From contig DBCG01000061.1 of the NCBI GenBank assembly GCA_002292945.1, positions 1-52,024 of the forward strand: a stretch of DNA of 52,024 nt, written 5' to 3'. Positions within the stretch are counted from its first letter, which is position 1; every line of letters begins with the position of its first letter. The notes under the pieces are model-generated. The model had not been told where the DNA came from, searched no databases, and saw only the letters and a program-made list of their open reading frames with translations. The DNA is from Proteobacteria bacterium UBA964. Its GTDB lineage: Bacteria > Pseudomonadota > Gammaproteobacteria > Steroidobacterales > Steroidobacteraceae. Positions 8,124 through 17,651 of this stretch are shown piece by piece. Both the position numbers and the translations under genes were made by a program.

Positions 8124-10211
8124 TTAGTTCCCGATGGTGCTTACCAGACGAACCCGGCGGCTGTCGGGTATCTCGTTCCAGGCGAGTACATGCATCTGCG
8201 GCACGGTCGCCCTGAGGAACCTTGCAAGAATCGGGCGCAGCGCCGGCGGCACGAGGAGAACGGCCGGTTGTCCTGCTACTTCCTGTCGACGCGCTGCCTC
8301 GACGAGGTGCCCCTGGAGTCTCTCAGCCAAACCCGGCTCGAGGCCTGGCGACCCACCGGCTGTACCGACGGAGTTCCCCAACATCTGTTCGATTCCCGGG
8401 TCGAGGGTGATCACCGGAAGTTCCTGTGAGATGCCAACGATGTCCTGCACGATCTGCCTTGAGAGCGCGATGCGGACCTGTGCGACCAACGCCTGGGGAT
8501 CCTGGATCCGGCCTGAATGCTCCGCCAGAGCCTCGAGCACGCTGCGCAGGTTGCGGACCGGCACCCGCTCCGCGAGCAAGCCCTGAAGGACTTTGACGAC
8601 CACACCCACCGACAGCACCTTCGGCACGAGGTCTTCGACCAGCTTGGGTGCCGTCTTGGCGAGGTTGGTGAGAAGATTCTGAGTCTCTTCATGCCCGAGG
8701 ATCTCGTGGGCATGCTGCGCGATCAGTTGGCTGAGATGGGTGGCCACCACGGTACTGGCATCGACGACGGTATAGCCAAGCGATTGCGCATGCTCGCGTT
8801 GCGCGGGCTCGATCCATACGGCATCCATGCCGAACGCCGGATCACGCGTCGAGATCCCCTGCAAAGGACCGAACACCCGTCCCGGATTGATCGCCATCTC
8901 GCGCTCGGGGTACACGCTACCCTCGCCGACCGGCACTCCGGAGAGCTGGATGCGATACGCGTTGGGCGACAGATCGAGATTGTCACGGATGTGCACGGCG
9001 GGGACGAGGAAGCCCAGTTCTTGGGAGACCTTCAGACGAACTCCGCGGATACGGGCGAGCAGATCTCCGCCCTGCCCCTTATCGACCAAGGGCACCAGTC
9101 TGTAGCCCACCTCCAAACCGACCAGATCGACGGGCTGCATATCATCCCAACTGAGCTCCCGGGACTCACCCACCGCTGCAGTCGGCGTGACGGTCGCGGG
9201 CGCCGCAGCTTCCCGGGTCTGGCGCCGGTGGATGAACCACGCACTGCCTGCAGCCAAACCGGCCATGGACAGGAACACGAGGTTCGGCATGCCTGGTACG
9301 ACGCCGAGCAGCGCCAGCACGCCGGCAGCGACACCGAGCAAACGAGGATCCGCGACCAATTGCCTGGCCACCTCGCCTCCCATGTCCTGGTCGCGTGACA
9401 TGCGCGTCACGATCACGGCGACCGCTGTAGCCAGCATCAAAGCGGGGATCTGCGCCACCAGCCCGTCGCCGATGGTGAGCAGGACATAGATCTTGGCGGC
9501 TTCTGCGAACGGCAGGTCGTGCATCATCGTCCCGATCGCCAGACCGCCGAGGACGTTGATCACCAGGATGAGGATGCCCGCGGTGGCGTCGCCGCGTACG
9601 AACTTGCTGGCGCCGTCCATCGAACCGTAGAAATCCGCTTCCGAGCGGACCTCCGCGCGGCGCGTCCGCGCCTCTTCCTGGTTGATCAAGCCGGCGTTCA
9701 GATCCGCGTCGATCGCCATCTGCTTGCCCGGCATGGCATCAAGGGTGAAGCGAGCACTGACCTCGGAGATGCGTCCGGCGCCCTTGGTGATGACCACGAA
9801 GTTGATGATGGTGAGGATGATGAAGACCACGATACCGACGGCATAATTACCGCCGATGACGAACGCTCCGAACGCCTCGATGACGTGACCGGCCGCTGCC
9901 GTGCCGTTGTGCCCGTGCATCAACACCACGCGTGTGGAGGCGACATTCAACGCCAACCGAAGCAACGTTGCGATCAGCAACACAGTCGGGAAAATCGCGA
10001 AGTCGAGCGGCTTGCGGACCGTGAACACCGCGACCACGATCATCATCGACAGGGCGATGTTGAAGGTGAACAGCAGATCGAGTGCGATCGCCGGTAATGG
10101 CAGGACCACCATCGCGAGCAGCGCCAATACGCCGACCGGGATGCCGATGCCGCTCAGCATCAATTGCCGAAGTGGAAGGACCGTAGAGGGTGATACTGCC
10201 GGCGATGTCAT
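8124..10211 (-). CDS. flhA: flagellar export gate protein FlhA
   Basis: 695 aa. Conserved FHIPEP region (..KGAGRISEVSARFTLDAMPGKQMAIDADL..) plus a cytoplasmic C-terminal domain. Confidence 0.97.
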   Translation of the reverse strand: MTSPAVSPSTVLPLRQLMLSGIGIPVGVLALLAMVVLPLPAIALDLLFTFNIALSMMIVVAVFTVRKPLDFAIFPTVLLIATLLRLALNVASTRVVLMHGHNGTAAAGHVIEAFGAFVIGGNYAVGIVVFIILTIINFVVITKGAGRISEVSARFTLDAMPGKQMAIDADLNAGLINQEEARTRRAEVRSEADFYGSMDGASKFVRGDATAGILILVINVLGGLAIGTMMHDLPFAEAAKIYVLLTIGDGLVAQIPALMLATAVAVIVTRMSRDQDMGGEVARQLVADPRLLGVAAGVLALLGVVPGMPNLVFLSMAGLAAGSAWFIHRRQTREAAAPATVTPTAAVGESRELSWDDMQPVDLVGLEVGYRLVPLVDKGQGGDLLARIRGVRLKVSQELGFLVPAVHIRDNLDLSPNAYRIQLSGVPVGEGSVYPEREMAINPGRVFGPLQGISTRDPAFGMDAVWIEPAQREHAQSLGYTVVDASTVVATHLSQLIAQHAHEILGHEETQNLLTNLAKTAPKLVEDLVPKVLSVGVVVKVLQGLLAERVPVRNLRSVLEALAEHSGRIQDPQALVAQVRIALSRQIVQDIVGISQELPVITLDPGIEQMLGNSVGTAGGSPGLEPGLAERLQGHLVEAARRQEVAGQPAVLLVPPALRPILARFLRATVPQMHVLAWNEIPDSRRVRLVSTIGN

Positions 10212-11353
10212 GGTGCTGCTCCAGAGGGTGCCGCGACATGCTCGATGGAGTCATCGAAACTCGGAGGCACTGGCGGCGCCTCACCGCGTCGCCGGGCGAC
10301 CTTGATGTGCCAAACATAGGTAAGCACCTGAGCCACCGCCACGAACAGCGTGTGCGGCACTTGCCGACCGATATCCACGTACCGGAAAAGAGCCCGCGCC
10401 AGCGGCGGCGCCGAGACCAATGTCACCCCGTGCTCGCGGGCGACCTCGCGGATCCGTGCTGCGACCTCGTCGGAACCCTTGGCCAACACGACGGGCGCGA
10501 AGTCGCGCTTCTCGTCGTAACGCAGTGCGACGGCGAAGTGCGTGGGATTCGTGATGACCACATCGGCCTGCGGGACGTCCTGGAGCATCCGGCGCTTGGC
10601 CAATGTCTGCTGCATGCTTCGGATCCGGGAGCGGGTCTCGGGAGATCCCTCCGACTCCTTCATCTCTTCGCGGATCTCCTGCATGCTCATCCGCAATTCC
10701 TTGGTGTGCTGCCAGACTTGGAATGGCGCATCGAGCGCAGCGATGATCGCGAGGCCTGCCGACATCGCCAGCAGCGCATAGAGCGCGATCCGTCCGGACT
10801 CGATGATCGCGGGAGCGAGCGGTTGGGTGGCGAGCGCCCTGACCTCCCCGAGCTGTGATCGGATGACCAGCACCGCGATCCCGGCGATCAACGCGAACTT
10901 CGCCAACGACTTGCAGAGCTCCACGAGGCTTCTCATCGAGAACATCCTGCCGAACCCCTTGACGGGATCGAGGCGCTCAGGCTTGAACGCCAAGGCCTCG
11001 GTACTGAAGTTCCAGCCGCCGATGAGCGCCGGAGAGGCGAGCGCGGCGACGAGCGTCGCCGCCAGCAGCGGCATCATCCCGAGCAGCGCGAGCCCACTGG
11101 ACACACCAAGACTGCGCAGCATGATGTCGTCGTGGACGAGGTCGTCGCCGCGGACGGACAGACTCGACGCGAGCATCTCCATCAGCGAGCGTGCCGCATC
11201 GGCCCCGAACAGCATCAACGCCACGGTCGCCGCAAGCGTGACGGCGGCGGCACCCAGATCGACCGAGCGAGGGACTTGACCCTTCTTCTTGGCGTCCTCG
11301 AGCTTTTTGGCGGTCGGGGCCTCAGTGCGTTCTTGAGCGTCTTCATTGGACAT
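10208..11353 (-). CDS. flhB: flagellar export switch protein FlhB
   Basis: N-terminus MSNEDAQERTEAPTAKKLEDAKKKGQVPRS and the NPTH autocleavage site (VVITNPTHFAVAL). Confidence 0.95.
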   Translation of the reverse strand: MSNEDAQERTEAPTAKKLEDAKKKGQVPRSVDLGAAAVTLAATVALMLFGADAARSLMEMLASSLSVRGDDLVHDDIMLRSLGVSSGLALLGMMPLLAATLVAALASPALIGGWNFSTEALAFKPERLDPVKGFGRMFSMRSLVELCKSLAKFALIAGIAVLVIRSQLGEVRALATQPLAPAIIESGRIALYALLAMSAGLAIIAALDAPFQVWQHTKELRMSMQEIREEMKESEGSPETRSRIRSMQQTLAKRRMLQDVPQADVVITNPTHFAVALRYDEKRDFAPVVLAKGSDEVAARIREVAREHGVTLVSAPPLARALFRYVDIGRQVPHTLFVAVAQVLTYVWHIKVARRRGEAPPVPPSFDDSIEHVAAPSGAAP

Positions 11354-11363
11354 TCGGTTACCC

Positions 11364-12146
11364 TCAACGCCCCGGCGCCTGCAGCGCAGCAGCCTCGGCG
11401 AGGACCTGTTGCAGCAGCGAGACGAAGCCTTGCTGAACGCCAGGCAGGCCGATCTGCAGCACGACCAGACCGAACACGATCGTCACAGGGAATCCGACCG
11501 CGAAGATGTTCAGCGTCGGTGCAGCACGGCTGATCAACCCGAAACCGATGTTGGCGATCAACAAGGCCGTGAGTCCGGGCAGCGCGATCGACAACGCCCC
11601 TGCGAAGAGCATTGAGCCTGTCGATACAAGGCGCAGCATCCCGTCCGCGCCCAGCCCTTGCTGTCCGACCGGCAGTGTCCGAAATCCGTCGACCAGCACA
11701 TGGATGATCGCGAGATGTCCATCCAATGCAAAGAAGGTCATCACCATCAGGATCACATAGAACTGGCCGATGGCCGCTGTGGATGCGCCGCGCAACGGAT
11801 CCACATTGAACGCGAACGAGAGACCCATCGTGTTGGCGAGCAATTGCCCCGCCAGCCCGACCGCGTCGAACACCAGTTGCAAGACGAAACCGGTCGCGAT
11901 GCCGATCAGTATCTGATGCGCGATGATCAGAAAGCCCGGGAGGGAGAAAGGTTCGATGACCGGTGCAGGAGGCAGCAAGGGCACAACCAACCATGCAATC
12001 GCGCCCGCAAGCACGATCCGCAGCCGCGGCGGGACGAAGCCGGCGCCGAACGCAGGCGCCACCATCAGGCAGGCCGCGATCCGGAAGAACGGCCAGATCC
12101 AGTCGCCGATCCATCCCTGCAGTTGACTTGCCGCGATGTTCAGCAC
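11364..12146 (-). CDS. fliR: flagellar export protein FliR
   Basis: 260-aa polytopic membrane protein between fliQ and flhB with a FliR-like N-terminus (WIWPFFRIAACLMVAP). GTG start. Confidence 0.9.
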   Translation of the reverse strand: MLNIAASQLQGWIGDWIWPFFRIAACLMVAPAFGAGFVPPRLRIVLAGAIAWLVVPLLPPAPVIEPFSLPGFLIIAHQILIGIATGFVLQLVFDAVGLAGQLLANTMGLSFAFNVDPLRGASTAAIGQFYVILMVMTFFALDGHLAIIHVLVDGFRTLPVGQQGLGADGMLRLVSTGSMLFAGALSIALPGLTALLIANIGFGLISRAAPTLNIFAVGFPVTIVFGLVVLQIGLPGVQQGFVSLLQQVLAEAAALQAPGR

Positions 12147-12150
12147 GGTT

Positions 12151-12420
12151 TCACCGGATCATCGACGGGATGCTTTCGATCAGCGCCCGTGTGTAGGTGA
12201 CGATGACCTTGAGCATCCATGGCCCGGCCACCACGATGGTCACCGCCATCCCGATCAGCTTTGGGATGAACGAGAGCGTCATCTCGTTGATCTGGGTCGC
12301 CGCCTGAAACACGCCGACCAGCAGCCCGATCACTAGCGCAGTGAGCAGCAACGGCATCGCGAGCAGCAGCATAGTCCCGAGCGCACCGCTGCCAAGCTGC
12401 ATGATCGCTTCAGGGGTCAT
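12151..12420 (-). CDS. fliQ: flagellar export protein FliQ
   Basis: 89 aa with two TM helices, typical FliQ sequence and position. Confidence 0.95.
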   Translation of the reverse strand: MTPEAIMQLGSGALGTMLLLAMPLLLTALVIGLLVGVFQAATQINEMTLSFIPKLIGMAVTIVVAGPWMLKVIVTYTRALIESIPSMIR

Positions 12421-13205
12421 CGAACGAAGCTTCCCGCCAAGGTGCCCATCACCAGCGTCCAGCCATCGACGAGCACGAACAGCATCAGCTTGAAGGGCAG
12501 CGATATCAGTACCGGCGATAGCATCATCATGCCCATCGACATGAGAACGCTCGCCACGACGAGATCGATGATCACGAAGGGTATGAAGAGCAGGAATCCG
12601 ATCAGGAACGCCGTCTTGAGTTCGCTGGTGACGAATGCCGGGACGAGGATCGACAACGGGACTTCTTCGGGCGAATTGAAGCCCTGCCCACCTGAGATCC
12701 CGACGAAGGTCGCGATGTCAGCCTCGCGGGTCTGCTCGAGCATGAACGCCTTGAGAGGGATGACGGCACGGTCGAGCGCCGCGACAGTGTCTATGCTGCC
12801 GTTCGAGTACGGGACGATCGCCTCAGTGTTGATGCGCTCGAAAGTCGGCGCCATCACGAAGAACGTCAGGAACAGCGCAAGGCCGAGCAACACCTGATTG
12901 GGCGGGGTCTGGCCGGCACCGATCGCCTGTCGCAGGATGCCCAGCACGATGATGATGCGTGTGAAGGCCGTCATCATCAGGACGACGGCGGGCAACAGCG
13001 TCAGGGCTGTCATCAGCAGCAGCACCTGCAGCGTCAGGCTATAGGTCTGGCCGCCTCCACTCGCCTGCTTCACAGTCATCGCCGGCAACCCGATGCTGAT
13101 GCCTTGCTCTGCGGCTTGCGCAAGCTCGGGCGCAAACGCGCAAGCAAGGACCGCGAACACCACCGCCAGCATCCGTCTTTGGATGCCCGACCTGAATTCG
13201 CTCAT
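12417..13205 (-). CDS. fliP: flagellar export protein FliP
   Basis: Signal peptide plus conserved FliP core (..[18 protein letters not shown].., ..[25 protein letters not shown]..). Confidence 0.95.
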   Translation of the reverse strand: MSEFRSGIQRRMLAVVFAVLACAFAPELAQAAEQGISIGLPAMTVKQASGGGQTYSLTLQVLLLMTALTLLPAVVLMMTAFTRIIIVLGILRQAIGAGQTPPNQVLLGLALFLTFFVMAPTFERINTEAIVPYSNGSIDTVAALDRAVIPLKAFMLEQTREADIATFVGISGGQGFNSPEEVPLSILVPAFVTSELKTAFLIGFLLFIPFVIIDLVVASVLMSMGMMMLSPVLISLPFKLMLFVLVDGWTLVMGTLAGSFVR

Positions 13206-13684
13206 CGTCCGAGCCCCTTACCCAACAACTCGGCGAACCGATAGGGCAACTGCCCCGCGGGCACTTGTTCGTTCCCGGAGGACGCCGCGCCTGCGACGGC
13301 CGATGGATCGCTCTTGTGCAGCATGACCACCCTGCCATCACCGACACCCAAGACCAGGCGGGCTCCATCCACCTCCACGATGACAGCCCGCTCCTTCGAG
13401 CCCAGGGCCACCTCATCGACGACCCGCAACGCGTTGCCCCGTCCGCGCGGCAGTACACGCAACCGACGCGCCAGCCAACCGAGCAACACGATCGCGCCGA
13501 TCACCAAGGCCAGCGACAGAAGAACCTGCAGAGCTCCGCTGCCGGAACTGATCGGTTCCCTGACCGTCGCGACAGAGGGCGCACCGAAGCGCGCGTCGCT
13601 AGCGATCACGGGTGCGGCCCACAACGCCAAGCCACCCACAAGCGCACAGACACCCGCGTCGATGTACTTCAAAGGAGCCTTCAT
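13202..13684 (-). CDS. fliO: flagellar protein FliO
   Basis: Assigned by position between fliN and fliP. It has a single TM helix followed by RRLR and a conserved-like segment [18 protein letters not shown]. The family itself is weakly conserved. Confidence 0.65.
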   Translation of the reverse strand: MKAPLKYIDAGVCALVGGLALWAAPVIASDARFGAPSVATVREPISSGSGALQVLLSLALVIGAIVLLGWLARRLRVLPRGRGNALRVVDEVALGSKERAVIVEVDGARLVLGVGDGRVVMLHKSDPSAVAGAASSGNEQVPAGQLPYRFAELLGKGLGR

Positions 13685-14043
13685 TTCAGTTTACGGATGC
13701 GTTCCGCCGGGCTCACCACATCGGTGAGACGGATACCGAACTTGTCGTTGACCACGACCACCTCGCCGTGCGCGACCAATGTCCCGTTGACGAAGACATC
13801 GAGGAGTTCACCGGCGGCTCGATCGAGTTCAACAACTGAGCCCTGGTTCAGTTGAAGCAGGTTCCGGATGGGGATGCGGGTACGACCGACCTCCATCGAC
13901 AGCGTCACAGGCACTTCCAGGATGACTTCAAGATTGACTTCGCCGCCGGCTGGTTGCCCGGCGGCATCCATCGGTGGCGGGTCGGCGGACAGTCGCTCGA
14001 AGGATGCGAGGTCGGCACCCGTGTTGTCAGGCGTCTGGTTCAT
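13681..14043 (-). CDS. fliN: flagellar C-ring protein FliN
   Basis: SpoA/FliN C-terminal domain (LEVPVTLSMEVGRTRIPIRNLLQLNQGSVVELDR..GEVVVVNDKFGIRLTD). Confidence 0.9.
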   Translation of the reverse strand: MNQTPDNTGADLASFERLSADPPPMDAAGQPAGGEVNLEVILEVPVTLSMEVGRTRIPIRNLLQLNQGSVVELDRAAGELLDVFVNGTLVAHGEVVVVNDKFGIRLTDVVSPAERIRKLK

Positions 14044-14056
14044 GGCTGCTCCGGGA

Positions 14057-15061
14057 TCATTGACGGGTGGGATGGGTAGATGGATCGATCGAACGGCCGC
14101 GCAACAGCCGCTCCTCGACCTTCACGGACTGTTGCCCGCGGGACACGCCGAACTGCCCTCGCAGCACCGGCACGTCTTCTGCAAACACGGTCACGCGACC
14201 CGTGAAGTCGCATGGGATGATGTCGCCGGGCCGGAAGTCGAGGAGTTCGGACAGGCGCACCTGCGAGCGGCCGACGACCGTGGTGAGCTCCACCTCGGCA
14301 TCCTCGATCTCCTCACGCAGACTGCTGATCCAGCGCTCGGCGTCCTGCGGACGCTGGTCCTGGACGCTCGCGCCAAGGATCTCGCGCAACGGCTCAACGG
14401 TGGCGAACGGCACCACGATCTGCATGCGATTGCCGGTGCCGTCGATGTCGATCTCGAAATCGGTGACCAGCAACGCCTCGTTGGCCGGCAGCACATTGGC
14501 GAACTGCGGGTTGCATTCGCTCGCCACGCATTCGATCTTGAGCGGGCTCACCTTCGACCATGCAGTCGCGAGGTCAGCGCAGGCGGCATCACGCAGCATT
14601 CCGACCAGACGGTCCTCGACGGGCGTGAACTCGCGGCTCTCGATACGGGCGATGCGCCCCTTTCCTCCGAAGAAGTTCTCGACGATCGCGCTGACCAGAC
14701 CTGGCGGCAGGACGAGAAGCGCCAAACCGTGTAATGGCGCAAGTCCGAGTACATTGATGCTGCTCGGCATCGGCAGCGACGCAAGGTAATCCGCGAACCT
14801 CATGGTCCGCGACGACACGACCGCTAGCCCGACTGGGCGGCGTAGGATGCTGCTGAGGCTGGTCCGATACAACGGGCCGAAACGTTGGTGTATCAACTCG
14901 AGTGTCGGCAGCCGGCCGCGGACGACACGGGCCTCGTGTCCGAGCTCGTAGCGGCGCACCTCACCACGCGCGACGGCGCCATCGGTGCTCACCCGCCCTT
15001 CGCTCATGCCGGTGAGCAGCGCATCGACCTCGTCTTGGTTCAGGACCGGTTCGCTGGCCAT
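14057..15061 (-). CDS. fliM: flagellar C-ring protein FliM
   Basis: N-terminal CheY-P binding motif LNQDEVDALL, a FliM middle domain and a C-terminal SpoA-like domain. Confidence 0.9.
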   Translation of the reverse strand: MASEPVLNQDEVDALLTGMSEGRVSTDGAVARGEVRRYELGHEARVVRGRLPTLELIHQRFGPLYRTSLSSILRRPVGLAVVSSRTMRFADYLASLPMPSSINVLGLAPLHGLALLVLPPGLVSAIVENFFGGKGRIARIESREFTPVEDRLVGMLRDAACADLATAWSKVSPLKIECVASECNPQFANVLPANEALLVTDFEIDIDGTGNRMQIVVPFATVEPLREILGASVQDQRPQDAERWISSLREEIEDAEVELTTVVGRSQVRLSELLDFRPGDIIPCDFTGRVTVFAEDVPVLRGQFGVSRGQQSVKVEERLLRGRSIDPSTHPTRQ

Positions 15062-15071
15062 TGCCTGCCCC

Positions 15072-15593
15072 TCACTGCATCACGAAGCTTGCGAAGAGCA
15101 CCGACTCGACGGACTTGGGATCGCCTTGAAGATCCTTGACGATGCGACGGATCGTCTCGAGCGACTCCGCGCGCAGCTTCTCCTTGCCCTCGCGCCTTCC
15201 GAGCGCCCCCGCGTCCTGCGCGCCATAGAGCAGCAGAAGGTCGTTGCGCAACAGCGGCTCGTTCGCTCGGATGAGTTCGATCGTCTCGACTGAGCGACTG
15301 GCGACCCTTACATCGATCTGGAGGAACCGCGCGGGTTGACCCTCCTCAAAGTTCGCGACGAACGGAGGCTCGAGCGCCAAATAGATCAACGGCGCCCTCG
15401 CCGGCGTCTTTTCTTTAGGCGCGGCGGCAGCCTGCGACCGCTGCCAGAAGTACCATCCGCCCGCAACGCCGGAGACCAGCACCACGAGACCGAGGATCGA
15501 CAAAAGCAGCTTCTTTCGCGAGTTCGGTGGTGCCTCTCCAGTGACCGCCTCGCTGCCCGGAGGGGGTGTCGCGACTGCGGTTTTGGTTGCCAT
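15072..15593 (-). CDS. fliL: flagellar basal-body-associated protein FliL
   Basis: Single TM helix followed by a FliL domain (YLALEPPFVANF....LQIDV..). First gene after a sigma-54 promoter. Confidence 0.85.
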   Translation of the reverse strand: MATKTAVATPPPGSEAVTGEAPPNSRKKLLLSILGLVVLVSGVAGGWYFWQRSQAAAAPKEKTPARAPLIYLALEPPFVANFEEGQPARFLQIDVRVASRSVETIELIRANEPLLRNDLLLLYGAQDAGALGRREGKEKLRAESLETIRRIVKDLQGDPKSVESVLFASFVMQ

Positions 15594-15631
15594 GCTTGCT
15601 CCGATCGAACCTGTGGTGGACAGGCGATAGA

Positions 15632-15647
15632 AGCAAGAGGCGTGCCA
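15632..15647 (-). promoter_or_regulatory. sigma-54 promoter of the fliL operon
   Basis: The minus strand reads TGGCAC-GCCTC-TTGCT, a full consensus match, in the 67-nt fliK-fliL gap. Predicted TSS is near 15621. GGAG sits 6 nt before the fliL ATG. Confidence 0.65.
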
Positions 15648-15660
15648 GTTTCAAATCAGG

Positions 15661-17181
15661 TCATGCGTAGAGGTCAACCATTCCGACCGAGCGGCGAGTT
15701 CCCGAGGTGACCTGCAGATCCGTAATGGCTCCCCGGCCGAGACCTTGCGCCATCGTGTTAGGCGCAGATTGATCTTGCGGGCGCCTTGAATCGGCATCGT
15801 TTTTGTTTGATAAATCATTGAAAATACTGAACTCCGACACCGAAATTCCTTGGCCTATCATCATCTCTCGTAAACGAGATTGGGCCAGTTCCAACGCCTG
15901 CCGGGTCTCGATGCTCGCGGCACCGAATTGGAAAGCGGCCTCAGATCCGCGTATCTCAATCCGTATCTCGAGCTCACCCAGTTCTGCAGGCGCCAATTTC
16001 ATGACGGCCTCCGAGCGCTCGCCCTGCTCCGCCATGACAGATAACTGCGCGCTCAACTCGTCTTGCCACGCCTCGGTGCCGACCGGTTGACGTAAAGCCG
16101 CCGACCCCTCGAGGGCCGCGCCCTCGGGTGAGCCCGCAGACAGACCGACCGCCCACGTCGGCGGCTCGGCGCTCATCGGCCCGCCGACTGCTAGCACAGT
16201 GGCATGGGGCTCTACTGGACGGATGGGCCGGTCCGCCCCTTCGCCAACACTCTGGCGCGAGGGGGTGGCGGCGCCGATCGAATCCTGTAGGGCTCGATAA
16301 GCAGGGTTCAGCGTATGCGGCTTCAGCGCAGTCGGTGTTATCCCGACAGGTGGACGACTTAGCACCGGAGCGCCTGCGACTGAAGGGTTGCGCGGAAGCG
16401 AAATCGCACCGGCAGCTGAAACTCCTTGCTCAATCCGACTCCCTGGATCGATCGGTTTACGGCTCGGCATCCCAGGCTCTGCACTCGTTACGGCGACGAA
16501 ACCCCGCCGCACCGCAGCCACTGGATCGCGCGCTGGGAAACGCTCGGCGGACGGAGCATGAACCGTGGGGCCTGGGGATGGGGATATCGCGTCGGTCGGA
16601 ACCTTGGCCGCCACTAGGAAATCTGGCAGGTCTGATACCGCTGACGGCTTTGTCGCGGTGCGAACCTCCTCCTGTGGTCGCGTAACGGGAAGCCCACCTA
16701 CCGCGTCCGCCAACGCTGGGTCACGCGCTGCAGCGACCGCCACTGCCGGTCCAGACACGGGAAGGACCCGCAAGAAAATGGGAAGATCGAACGCCACCCT
16801 GCCGGTCTGCGACCCGGGCGTCCCGTCCGTATCAGCCGCCACTTGAGCCTCGTCGGCCGATCGCGACAGTTCCAACGGATCAACCGTTGGAACTGAAGTC
16901 GATCGATCCGCTGCGACCGCGTCCTCGGACGGGAAAGCAGGTATCACAGCCGGAGCAGCCACCGGGGAGTTGGACGTTGGCTCGATCGACTCATCGCCAA
17001 GGTCCTGCGTGGACATCAAGGCCGCGAATGGCCCGCGCGAACGCGCTTTGCCAGGGTCGACTGACACGCCGAGCGGTTCATCCTCGGACGATGCGCCGAT
17101 GATATCCGCGCCGGGATGGACGCGGAGCGGCTGCGGCTCCAGGAACCGATCCGTGGCCGACAAGTTCTTCGGCGTCATCAC
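15661..17181 (-). CDS. fliK: flagellar hook-length control protein FliK
   Basis: Pro/Ala/Ser-rich N-terminal and central part plus a conserved C-terminal Flg_hook domain (AELGELEIRIEIRGSEAAFQF...). Located right after fliJ. The start is GTG 17181 or ATG 17178. Confidence 0.75.
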   Translation of the reverse strand: MMTPKNLSATDRFLEPQPLRVHPGADIIGASSEDEPLGVSVDPGKARSRGPFAALMSTQDLGDESIEPTSNSPVAAPAVIPAFPSEDAVAADRSTSVPTVDPLELSRSADEAQVAADTDGTPGSQTGRVAFDLPIFLRVLPVSGPAVAVAAARDPALADAVGGLPVTRPQEEVRTATKPSAVSDLPDFLVAAKVPTDAISPSPGPTVHAPSAERFPARDPVAAVRRGFVAVTSAEPGMPSRKPIDPGSRIEQGVSAAGAISLPRNPSVAGAPVLSRPPVGITPTALKPHTLNPAYRALQDSIGAATPSRQSVGEGADRPIRPVEPHATVLAVGGPMSAEPPTWAVGLSAGSPEGAALEGSAALRQPVGTEAWQDELSAQLSVMAEQGERSEAVMKLAPAELGELEIRIEIRGSEAAFQFGAASIETRQALELAQSRLREMMIGQGISVSEFSIFNDLSNKNDADSRRPQDQSAPNTMAQGLGRGAITDLQVTSGTRRSVGMVDLYA

Positions 17182-17631
17182 CTAACCCTCCATCGGCAGC
17201 GCGTGGTGCTGCCGAAGGGTACGCTCGTCGATCTCTCGCTGCTCGGTACGACCCTCGATCACGCGTTCGTCGACACGCCACCGTTCGATGACCGCCGAGA
17301 CCGCCTTCAGTTGAATAGCGACCTCCCGCCACCGGCGTTGGTCATGATCACGTTCGGTGTCACAACGGACGATCGCCTGCCGCTGCTGGATGATGGCTTC
17401 GTCAAGCCTCCCTAGGAACACGTGATAGTCACGTAGCGCCGGGCCGCTCATCCCGTCTGCGACACGCTTGCCGAGTCCGAGCAGGTACTCGGCCCTGTAA
17501 TGATCGAGATCGCAGAGCTTCGCCCGAGCATCGCGTGCCCGTTGCTCCGCCAGCCGTGCACGGCCAGCCCGTTCACGCTCCGCCCCCTCCAGGCTACATC
17601 GATAGCTATCGATACGTTTCTCACGCTTCAT
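17182..17631 (-). CDS. fliJ: flagellar export chaperone/stalk protein FliJ
   Basis: 149-aa Arg/Glu-rich coiled-coil protein directly after fliI. Confidence 0.7.
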   Translation of the reverse strand: MKREKRIDSYRCSLEGAERERAGRARLAEQRARDARAKLCDLDHYRAEYLLGLGKRVADGMSGPALRDYHVFLGRLDEAIIQQRQAIVRCDTERDHDQRRWREVAIQLKAVSAVIERWRVDERVIEGRTEQREIDERTLRQHHALPMEG

Positions 17632-17651
17632 TCATCGCTCCTGCCACCGTC

